This document shows, one piece after another, positions 18,491 through 25,403 of a DNA stretch of 32,436 bases (its first letter is position 1; every line of letters begins with the position of its first letter). The notes beneath the pieces are model-generated. The model did no database searches. It had not been told where the DNA came from and was given only the letters and a program-made list of their open reading frames with translations. The position numbers were made by a program, and so were the translations under genes. This DNA is from Bdellovibrionales bacterium (GTDB taxonomy: Bacteria; Bdellovibrionota; JAFGOL01), in contig JAKIZQ010000004.1 in the NCBI GenBank assembly GCA_022707945.1, forward strand, positions 1-32,436, read 5' to 3'.

Positions 18491-18619
18491 AGTTCGATTT
18501 AATCCACTTGGGCATCCTTGTTTTTCTATGGCTGTTTAGTGGGAATCCAATAGTATCAAGGTGTTTCAGGCAACATACTCTATACAGGCAGTTCGAAACT
18601 CATCTACTAGGGGACGCCA
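18491..18619 (+). repeat. tRNA-Glu-derived ~128-bp repeat, copy R3
   Basis: AGTTCGATTTAATCCACTTGGGCATCC...GTTTCAGGCAA...GCAGTTCGAAACTCATCTACTAGGGGACGCCA. The 3' 30 nt are near-identical to R1 and R2. Confidence 0.9.
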
Positions 18620-18721
18620 AGTATTAATTAATAAAAAGCTTTTACGGTACGAACAAAACTTTGGTTATAACTCTTATATGATCAGATGTTTTTATAATCT
18701 ATTTTCTATAACACCACCCTA

Positions 18722-19480
18722 TTACCACGTGATAAAAAGATTATATGTTGAACCAGGTTCTACCAATAGCTTTTGATCAAATGTTAGCGCAAGCTTGTTT
18801 TGTTTTAACAACGCTTTATTAAGTAATAGAGAAAACTCATACTTATCTTTAACACAAACAACCTTATCTAGTCCCATTATCTCATCATTACACTCTTCTG
18901 TTTTGTATTCGGTATTGCATGTAAAATATATTGTTTCTAAATTAAATAAACTTTTTAATTTACTAACTGGAAGATCTGAAACTATATATATAAGACTTTT
19001 ACATTGAGGTTCAAAGCTTTGTTTTGATACAAGTACAGAACTAATAACAGATTCCAATTTACTAAATGTAACAGGAGTTTTATCTACATCAAAGGTCTCA
19101 GGATTCTTACTGTCAATCTTTTTGCCTAAAACAAGTTTATAAGTAGCACCACCTAACAAACGGTCCTTAAACACATATTTATACTTATAGAAGTCCTTGT
19201 GTTTAAAAACAATAGAGTTGTAATTTGTAGCATAATAAAAAGTATAACTTTTCTTTTTATTATCGTATTCAACTGGATCTTTCACGCCATAAGAACTAAA
19301 GGAAACTTTCTCGATATCACTATATATAGTAAGCTTTGCACAAGCCCTATCATTAACATCCTTAACAGTTACTTCTGGTTCTTTGTCAAGTTTAACAAAT
19401 TCAGAAACTTCAAATTCAAAAGAGAATAAGTTTAAAGAAATTAAAAACAAGAACAAAAAATAAAAAGATTTCACAAACAC
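18722..19480 (-). CDS. Secreted hypothetical protein, paralog A
   Basis: 252 aa with a signal peptide followed by FEFEVSE. It is collinear with 19610..20344. The GTG start is uncertain; the second GTG at 19474 has better SD spacing. Confidence 0.7.
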   Translation of the reverse strand: MFVKSFYFLFLFLISLNLFSFEFEVSEFVKLDKEPEVTVKDVNDRACAKLTIYSDIEKVSFSSYGVKDPVEYDNKKKSYTFYYATNYNSIVFKHKDFYKYKYVFKDRLLGGATYKLVLGKKIDSKNPETFDVDKTPVTFSKLESVISSVLVSKQSFEPQCKSLIYIVSDLPVSKLKSLFNLETIYFTCNTEYKTEECNDEIMGLDKVVCVKDKYEFSLLLNKALLKQNKLALTFDQKLLVEPGSTYNLFITW

Positions 19481-19609
19481 CTCTTTTTAGTTAGGTCTAT
19501 TAAAATTTTACTGAATTATACCTTGGTTGCTTCGGAATTTGCTAGAGAAATAACCCATACATACAGCTCAAGACGCATCCATTCGGTAAAGTTCAAGCCT
19601 TGGAAAAAA

Positions 19610-20344
19610 TCAACGCCAGCTAATTAATAAATTATAAACTAGATTTTTTTCAATAGTTATATCACCTATAGCGCTTTTATCTAAGGAACGTATATTATTT
19701 AGAAGCTCATTAAAACTAACAAGTTTTTTTATACAAATCATTTTATCTATATTTTCAACTGGCTCAGAACACGGAGGTGTTTCACAAGAAACATGTGTAA
19801 TGTCTTGGTTAAACAGAGTTTTAAGTGTTTTAACAGGAAGATCAGAAATTAATCTTATTGCAGCTTTGCAGTCTTCGTTTTTCATGTATCGGACCGTCAT
19901 ATCAGAAGGGTCCATTTCTAATGAATTAAAAACAATTTTATTTTTAGAAATCTTAAATTTATTAGGGTCCTTACTGTCCTTTTTTGTGCCTAAAGATACC
20001 TTATACGTTTTGCCTTTCTCTACTCCTTTAAAAGTGTAGTAATACGGAACGTATTCTTTGTGTTTAAACCAAAGAGACTTAGAACCCCAAGGGAGATAAA
20101 GAATATAGGTGTTGTTAGGTTTATTATTTTCAATTCCCACTATACCCAAACTACCAGATCCAAAATTAACATCATTAATTTCTGTAGACACAACAACTTT
20201 AGCACAAATATCATTGTTTTGATCCTTAATCGTTATCTCAGGAGATTTGGCTACCTCTGCCATTTCTGATATTTCAAACTCAAAAGCACAAAGAGAAAAT
20301 GGCATAAGTATAAAAAGCATATAGCCAACTTTTTTTAGATTCAT
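19610..20344 (-). CDS. Secreted hypothetical protein, paralog B
   Basis: 244 aa with a signal peptide followed by FEFEISE, and a GGAGGGG SD. Motifs shared with paralog A: PE[VI]T[VI]KD, CAK, FKHK, TYK, DSK.P, SDLPV..LK.LFN and C-terminal YNL.I.W. Confidence 0.75.
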   Translation of the reverse strand: MNLKKVGYMLFILMPFSLCAFEFEISEMAEVAKSPEITIKDQNNDICAKVVVSTEINDVNFGSGSLGIVGIENNKPNNTYILYLPWGSKSLWFKHKEYVPYYYTFKGVEKGKTYKVSLGTKKDSKDPNKFKISKNKIVFNSLEMDPSDMTVRYMKNEDCKAAIRLISDLPVKTLKTLFNQDITHVSCETPPCSEPVENIDKMICIKKLVSFNELLNNIRSLDKSAIGDITIEKNLVYNLLISWR

Positions 20345-20426
20345 CTACCCCTCCATTATTAAATATAGACTATTATATCTCATCTGTTTAATAAATGTCA
20401 CTCTTTACAAAAAAGTTAATATTTAT

Positions 20427-20456
20427 TTGACTTTGTTATGGGCATATGCTCATAAT
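20427..20456 (+). promoter_or_regulatory. Sigma70-like promoter abutting the DUF134 start (possible leaderless mRNA)
   Basis: TTGACT (20427-20432), an 18-nt spacer, then CATAAT (20451-20456). The ATG at 20463 lies only 6 nt after the -10, with no SD between them. Confidence 0.45.
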
Positions 20457-20462
20457 AAATAC

Positions 20463-20738
20463 ATGCGTCCAAAGAAATGTAGAAAGACCTGTTGTAGAAT
20501 AAAAGCTGATTACTTCAAACCAAGGAGCATTCCAATAGATGAACTAGAGGAGATTTCTCTTGAAGCAGATGAGCTAGAAGCAATAAGGTTAGCAGATCTT
20601 GACTCTCTATACCAAGAAGATGCGGCAAAAAAAATGGGTGTTTCCAGGCAAACTTTTGGAAGGATAATATTTTCTGCACACAAAAAAACAGCAGAAGCTA
20701 TCATAAAAGGTAAGGCGTTAAAAATCAGGAGGACTTAA
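20463..20738 (+). CDS. DUF134 (UPF0251) family putative DNA-binding protein
   Basis: MRPKKCRK..C..YFKP...LEADELEAIRLADLDSLYQEDAAKKMGVSRQTFGRI is the characteristic DUF134 N-terminal Cys/basic motif plus a sigma70-region-4-like HTH. The tracked ORF starts at the TTG at 20427; the ATG at 20463 is preferred. Confidence 0.8.
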   Translation: MRPKKCRKTCCRIKADYFKPRSIPIDELEEISLEADELEAIRLADLDSLYQEDAAKKMGVSRQTFGRIIFSAHKKTAEAIIKGKALKIRRT

Positions 20739-20740
20739 TT

Positions 20741-21112
20741 ATGAAAATCTGTATGCCAGTAAACGAGAACGATGGGATTAACAGCACTATTTGCGAACAC
20801 TTTGGTTCTGCACCATTATTCATGATAGTAGATACCAACACTCTCTCTATCACAGAAGTAAAGAATGATGATCAGCACCATGCGCATGGAATGTGTCATC
20901 CATTATCTGTACTTGGTAATTACAAATTTGACGGCATCGTTGTTGGCGGAATAGGTGCCGGTGCGTTAAACAAACTCAAAAACGCAGGAATAACAGTTTA
21001 TATAACTGAATACTCTAACATCAGCAACACTATCAAGGCCTATAACGAGAACAAACTAAAAGAAATGGATCAAAATAATGTTTGCTCTCACCACGGGCAC
21101 ACATGTAAATAA
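20741..21112 (+). CDS. NifB/NifX/NifY-like (dinitrogenase Fe-Mo cofactor biosynthesis domain) small protein
   Basis: 123 aa: MKICMPV...ICEHFGSAPLFMIVD...GMCHP...FDGIVVGGIGAGALNKLKNAGITVY, which matches the NifX_NifB fold family. It has a Cys/His-rich tail (CSHHGHTCK). A GGAGG SD is present, and the gene starts 2 nt after the DUF134 stop. Confidence 0.8.
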   Translation: MKICMPVNENDGINSTICEHFGSAPLFMIVDTNTLSITEVKNDDQHHAHGMCHPLSVLGNYKFDGIVVGGIGAGALNKLKNAGITVYITEYSNISNTIKAYNENKLKEMDQNNVCSHHGHTCK

Positions 21113-21121
21113 AGCAGAGAA

Positions 21122-21517
21122 CTATCTTATTACTTTACTCATGCCACAGCCAAAAATACTTTGATCCTGCAACCAAGAATAATTATCACCAACTCTAACG
21201 TAACAGGTATCACTATCAGAAAGGTCATAAGTTTCTGTGGCTGTGAATATCTCGCCATATCTTGTGCTTCTGTCTACGGTTTTACTAATCGTTCTATAAA
21301 AGCTCCAGGATAAAGAGATCTCTTTCTCCTTATCATCATACTTTTGTGAGAGAATAAAATCATCAGAACAAAACGCTTTTACTATTGATGGCGTTGATTC
21401 GTTATATTTCAACTCTACATAACAAGTATCATAAGTTTCAAACAAATCACCGGCAGTGATTACATAATAGTCAGGGCTAGCAAATAGCATCGAAGATAAG
21501 AAAATTAACAAAAACAT
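21122..21517 (-). CDS. Small secreted hypothetical protein
   Basis: 131 aa with a short signal peptide (MFLLIFLSSMLFASP). An internal duplication is suggested by ETYDTCYVELK and ETYDLSDSDTCYVRV. No family recognised. Confidence 0.6.
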   Translation of the reverse strand: MFLLIFLSSMLFASPDYYVITAGDLFETYDTCYVELKYNESTPSIVKAFCSDDFILSQKYDDKEKEISLSWSFYRTISKTVDRSTRYGEIFTATETYDLSDSDTCYVRVGDNYSWLQDQSIFGCGMSKVIR

Positions 21518-21520
21518 CTT

Positions 21521-21889
21521 TTACCTCCTAAGATGTGGGACATTATTACCAAATTCAATCAATACTCTAGAAACCCAAGAAGGTTCATTATTAGTATCAT
21601 CACCATTTTGTCCGCTGGTATTATTGGTGTTATTAGATTCAACACACATAATTCTAACACCATCTTCATGATTGGCTTTTATCCAAGCCGAACCATCATT
21701 CTCAAATTCTATTAAATGACACCTGCCACTAAGATCTATAACAGTTTTATCACAATAGTTCTTTATAACTTCTACATATACCTGTTTAATCCTTATGCCT
21801 TCTGCACCCATTTCAAGACTGTTACAGAACCAATCGGCCCACAAAAAATTTGAACTTAAAAAAGCGACAACAACGACTAATCTTTTCAT
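21521..21889 (-). CDS. Small secreted hypothetical protein
   Basis: The preferred start is the ATG at 21889 (MKRLVVVVAFLSSNFLWA), with a GGAGG SD 9 nt upstream. The tracked ORF extends to 21922. It has an Asn/Thr-rich low-complexity stretch and four Cys. Confidence 0.6.
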   Translation of the reverse strand: MKRLVVVVAFLSSNFLWADWFCNSLEMGAEGIRIKQVYVEVIKNYCDKTVIDLSGRCHLIEFENDGSAWIKANHEDGVRIMCVESNNTNNTSGQNGDDTNNEPSWVSRVLIEFGNNVPHLRR

Positions 21890-21982
21890 TTCTGATTTAA
21901 CCTCCAAAAGTTTATGAAGCAAACTTTTCCACTTAAAATACTTATTGTATAATTCATTATTTTAATGTATTGATGATTTTAA

Positions 21983-22846
21983 ATGAGTTTACTTTCACCA
22001 GAGCTAGAAGCTTTCGTCGCTATTGTACACAAGGGAACGGTACATGGTGCAGCAAAAGAAGTTGGTTTGACGCAGACCGGCATAACACAAAGAATTCGTT
22101 CCCTTGAGAGAAAAATAGGGAACACTTTATTCACAAGATCAAGAAAAGGCATGCACCTAACACAAGAAGGAGAAACGCTTTTTGTCTATTGTCAAAAGGT
22201 CATGGACATAGAGGGTGAAACGCTATCACTAATACAAGGCCAGAGCTCAAAAAAAATAGTAAGGATACAAATAGCGGGATCTTCAAGTATAATGAGAGCA
22301 AGAATAATCCCCAACACAGTAAAAGTATTAGAACAATTTAAGGATTTAACATTCACATATCATATTACAGACGATGAATCTCCAGTAAGATACCTGAAAT
22401 CTGGTGAATGTCAGTTTGCAGTAATGTCTCCTTTAGAAGTCCCAAACGAAATGGATGCAAAAAAGCTTGAGCCAGAAATATATATCATGGTCGGACCATA
22501 TGAATGGAAAAACAGAAACGTAGAGGACATACTTAAAAATGAGCGACTAATAGATTTTAACTATGGTGATAAGATAACCCTTAGTTTTTTAAAAAAATAT
22601 GGACTTGTTCATTTGACAAAAAAAGAAGGTCATTACGTCAACAACACAGATGCTTTGATATCTTTAATAATAAGAGGTCATGGTTATTCTGTGTTATCAA
22701 AAAGATTTCTTGAACCTTACATTAAGGATAAGAAACTAACACAATTAATGACTGGTTCTTTCTCTAAACTAGACTTTGCATTAGCATGGTATCCTAGGCA
22801 TGAGATGCCAAAATATTTCAAAAAAATAATAGATCTAATTAATTAA
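21983..22846 (+). CDS. LysR-family transcriptional regulator
   Basis: 287 aa with an N-terminal wHTH (LEAFVAIVHKGTVHGAAKEVGLTQTGITQRIRSLE) plus a LysR substrate-binding domain. Confidence 0.9.
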   Translation: MSLLSPELEAFVAIVHKGTVHGAAKEVGLTQTGITQRIRSLERKIGNTLFTRSRKGMHLTQEGETLFVYCQKVMDIEGETLSLIQGQSSKKIVRIQIAGSSSIMRARIIPNTVKVLEQFKDLTFTYHITDDESPVRYLKSGECQFAVMSPLEVPNEMDAKKLEPEIYIMVGPYEWKNRNVEDILKNERLIDFNYGDKITLSFLKKYGLVHLTKKEGHYVNNTDALISLIIRGHGYSVLSKRFLEPYIKDKKLTQLMTGSFSKLDFALAWYPRHEMPKYFKKIIDLIN

Positions 22847-24078
22847 TTCTTTTCATGTATCTTAAAGATTATTATAACCACAGCCAGTATAGACATGATC
22901 CCTCCAAATATAAAAGGGGCTTTATTACTGAAAGGATATATAAAACCAGCAATAAGACTCGCGGGCAAAAGTGCTACACCAACGATCATATTATAAAAAC
23001 CCAAGGCCGTACCCTTTGAATTTTGTGGAGCTAGCTCAGAGACAAAAGCTTTTTCTACGCCCTCTGTCATTGCATAATAAACACCATAAAGAGGCCAAAA
23101 GAACCATAAAAGCCAAGAGTATTGATGGCTCATAAAACCAAAGGCAATATAAACAACTGAATATAGGATATACCCCCATACCAAAAGTTTTTTTCTACCT
23201 ATTTTGTCTGAAAGTCCTCCAAAAAAAGAAGAGAATAAAGACGTAGTTATATTAAAAAGCATATACATCAAAAGGACACTAGAGATATCTTTATATAGAT
23301 TAGTGCTCCTCAATAACAAAAATTGGTTAGAGGAATTACCTAATGTAAAAATAAATTGAGCTAAAAAGAATACTCTAAGACTTTTGTCGTACTTTCTTAT
23401 ATCAAGGTTCGGTACGACCTTATTTGTCCCCTTGCCAAGATCTTTAGTCTTAATTCCCTTATCTGATACAAAGAACAAAAAGGATGCACCTACTAACGCA
23501 CTGCATACAGCAATTACAAATATCGGGTAAAAGACAGAAACTGGAGCTGACACACCTTTGTATATAACATCTCCAATTTCCGGATAAGCGTATTTAACAA
23601 GTACATATAACAGCGCCGTCCCAAAAAAAGCCCCCGCAAAATCCATGCCTCTTTGAAAGCCAAAAGCCCTACCCAAAAGGGTTTTGGGTGTCGATTCAGA
23701 AATAAGAGCATCCCTTGGGGCGGTCCTTATACCCTTGCCAGTACGATCTATAAACCTAAAAGAAAGAACTGAAAAAACACTTGGTATGAAAAGAAAGAGT
23801 TTTGAAAGAGCAGATCCAAAATAGCCAAACACAGCTAGCCACTTTCTTTTACCTAGTTTATCTGAATAATAGCCTGAAAGGACCTTTAAAACACTTGAAA
23901 GGGATTCGCCTATACCTTCCATCAAACCCAATACTGGCCCAACGTTAACGGTAATTACACTTACAAAGACCTGTAGCATTGGATATAGCATTTCAGATGA
24001 TACATCTGTGAAAAAAGAAGTTAGACCAGTGAGGACGACATTCTTATTAAGGTAAGACTTGCCACTTTTTGAACTCAC
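22843..24078 (-). CDS. MFS transporter
   Basis: 411 aa, multi-TM, with MFS loop motifs (DKLGKRKWL, DRTGKGIRTAPRDA, SDKIGRKK). It has a GTG start with a GGAGG SD and overlaps the LysR gene convergently by 4 nt. Confidence 0.85.
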   Translation of the reverse strand: MSSKSGKSYLNKNVVLTGLTSFFTDVSSEMLYPMLQVFVSVITVNVGPVLGLMEGIGESLSSVLKVLSGYYSDKLGKRKWLAVFGYFGSALSKLFLFIPSVFSVLSFRFIDRTGKGIRTAPRDALISESTPKTLLGRAFGFQRGMDFAGAFFGTALLYVLVKYAYPEIGDVIYKGVSAPVSVFYPIFVIAVCSALVGASFLFFVSDKGIKTKDLGKGTNKVVPNLDIRKYDKSLRVFFLAQFIFTLGNSSNQFLLLRSTNLYKDISSVLLMYMLFNITTSLFSSFFGGLSDKIGRKKLLVWGYILYSVVYIAFGFMSHQYSWLLWFFWPLYGVYYAMTEGVEKAFVSELAPQNSKGTALGFYNMIVGVALLPASLIAGFIYPFSNKAPFIFGGIMSILAVVIIIFKIHEKN

Positions 24079-24155
24079 AGCCCCCTCCTTTCCATTAAAA
24101 GCCTATTTCAACAGGCCAATACTGTCAACCTATCAACTAAAATTACAAAAAGCTG

Positions 24156-24184
24156 TTGACCCTTATATATAAAGTGCTAAATAT
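24156..24184 (+). promoter_or_regulatory. Sigma70-like promoter for the small lipoprotein gene
   Basis: TTGACC (24156-24161), a 16-17-nt spacer, then TAAATAT. It lies ~50 nt upstream of a GGAAGGTGG SD. Confidence 0.45.
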
Positions 24185-24235
24185 TCTACTTAGATAAAAA
24201 AATAAGAGTATATCTTAAAAAAGGAAGGTGGATTC

Positions 24236-24385
24236 ATGAAAAAAGTATTAAGTTTAGTTATCGTTTCTGTATTAGCTCTTTCTGTAGTTGCTTGCACAAA
24301 GAAGACAGCTGAAGAAGCTGCTCCTGCTGAAGCTGCTCCTGTTGAACAGCCAGCTGCTCCTGCTGAAGCTCCTGCTCAGAACTAA
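24236..24385 (+). CDS. Small (49 aa) lipoprotein with Ala/Pro/Glu-rich tail; absent from the ORF track
   Basis: MKKVLSLVIVSVLALSVVAC|TKKTAEEAAPAEAAPVEQPAAPAEAPAQN. It has a signal peptide with a VVAC lipobox and a strong SD 5 nt upstream. It is bracketed by a promoter-like element and an intrinsic terminator. Confidence 0.75.
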   Translation: MKKVLSLVIVSVLALSVVACTKKTAEEAAPAEAAPVEQPAAPAEAPAQN

Positions 24386-24407
24386 TTAAAATTTTGTTTT
24401 TTAAAAA

Positions 24408-24441
24408 CAGGGTTCTTCGTCGAGGAGAACCCTGTTTTTTT
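24408..24441 (+). terminator. Rho-independent terminator
   Basis: CAGGGTTCTTC-gtcga-GGAGAACCCTG forms an 11-bp stem with one G.T pair, followed by T7. Confidence 0.8.
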
Positions 24442-24494
24442 ATTCTTTTTAATCCTTGACATCCTCATCTTAAAAAATTAAAAAGGAATTCTCT

Positions 24495-24568
24495 TGGGAG
24501 ATCGTCTAATGGTAGGACTGCGGACTCTGACTCCGCCAATCTAGGTTCGAATCCTAGTCTCCCAGCCA
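24495..24568 (+). tRNA. tRNA-Gln (anticodon CUG), CCA encoded
   Basis: 74-nt cloverleaf: acceptor TGGGAGA/TCTCCCA, anticodon arm GCGGA-CTCTGAC-TCCGC, T arm CTAGG-TTCGAAT-CCTAG, discriminator G, then CCA. It parallels bacterial tRNA-Gln. Confidence 0.93.
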
Positions 24569-24601
24569 ACGTCAATTACACATTCAATTAATCAAGCTGG
24601 A

Positions 24602-24735
24602 TGGGAGACCATCTAAATATGTTTGCCGAGTTTCTAGACGAGGCAAACTTACCTCAAGGATCACTGGAGCGAGTCGCTCCTAAAAAAACATGCACGACGA
24701 GCGAAAGTAATCCTAGTCTCCCAGCCAACGTCAAT
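24602..24735 (+). repeat. Degenerate tRNA-Gln-like shell ending in a 27-bp perfect duplicate of the tRNA-Gln 3' end and trailer
   Basis: AATCCTAGTCTCCCAGCCAACGTCAAT occurs at 24550-24576 and again at 24709-24735, an offset of 159 bp. TGGGAGACCATCTA at 24602 matches the tRNA 5' end TGGGAGATCGTCTA at 12 of 14 positions. The interior does not fold as a tRNA. Confidence 0.85.
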
Positions 24736-25393
24736 AACTGTGTTTAACGACCCTTGCACTAACAAGATATATAACGCCTTCTGATATATACTTTGCATGA
24801 TCACAGATCCTTTCAAGATGCTGTGCAACCAAAAACAACGACAAGGCTCTTGAAAGTGTACTTAGATCTTTAGCTATGTAATCCTCTACTAATTCTTTTT
24901 GTATCTTATTTCTAAGAAGATTTGCCTCTTTATCCATCTCTATTACTTTCTTTGCCAAAACAGCATCTCTATTAACAAAAGCATCAATAGTTGTTTTGAC
25001 CATGTTGATTGATAGGTCACTAAATATCGGTATATCTATAAGTGGTTTTAACAATGGTTTATCTGAAAGATCAATGGCTCTGTGAGCTATATTAACAGCA
25101 AGATCTGCAATACGTTCAAGCTCACCATTTATTTTCATGCCTGTTGTTATAAACCGAAGATCCCCTGCAAGAGGCTGTCTTCTTGCCAATAGCTCAACAG
25201 AAAAATCATCTATATCAAGCTCAAAAGCATCTATCTCTTGGTCTTTTTCTATTATTTTCTCAGCAAGAGATCTGTCTCTGTGTTTTACAGCTTCTATCGC
25301 TAAGTAAATAGATTCTTGTGTAAGAGCTGCCATTTTTAATATTTTATTATTCAGCTCGTTCAATTCTTTGTCAAATTTTCTGTCGACCATCAT
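24731..25393 (-). CDS. phoU: Phosphate signalling complex protein PhoU
   Basis: Two PhoU repeats following pstB. The tracked ORF starts at the TTG at 25411. The ATGATG at 25393/25390 lies just after a GGAGG SD, so that start is more likely. Confidence 0.92.
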   Translation of the reverse strand: MMVDRKFDKELNELNNKILKMAALTQESIYLAIEAVKHRDRSLAEKIIEKDQEIDAFELDIDDFSVELLARRQPLAGDLRFITTGMKINGELERIADLAVNIAHRAIDLSDKPLLKPLIDIPIFSDLSINMVKTTIDAFVNRDAVLAKKVIEMDKEANLLRNKIQKELVEDYIAKDLSTLSRALSLFLVAQHLERICDHAKYISEGVIYLVSARVVKHSY

Positions 25394-25403
25394 AACCTCC
25401 GTA

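Noticed and set aside
16883-18619. Repeats as a canonical integron attC array or as a CRISPR array
   Set aside because: No RYYYAAC...GTTRRRY inverted core pair was found, and only one short 8-bp inverted match per unit. No intI-like gene is present. The units are far too long, and the so-called spacers are whole genes, so this is not CRISPR. Only the cassette-like geometry is retained as a hypothesis.
16883-18619. Repeats as functional extra tRNA-Glu genes
   Set aside because: There is no D, anticodon or T stem pairing. The T-arm position reads GCGGTTCGAAACTCATC without a complementary stem. The acceptor pairing is acceptable only in R2. The cloverleaf cannot be drawn.
19561-19610. Possible fourth, inverted repeat copy (GACGCATCC...GTTCAAG between the two paralog genes)
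   Set aside because: The hand alignment to the repeat 3' module is no better than scattered matches beyond TTGAAC and GCGTC. I judged it to be chance.
24666-24688. Perfect palindrome GGAGCGA-g-TCGCTCC next to an A7 run, considered as a phoU terminator
   Set aside because: On the phoU (minus) transcript the U-run precedes the hairpin rather than following it. On the plus strand the hairpin is followed by A residues. It is not a canonical intrinsic terminator in either direction and is kept only as part of the tRNA-Gln insert description.
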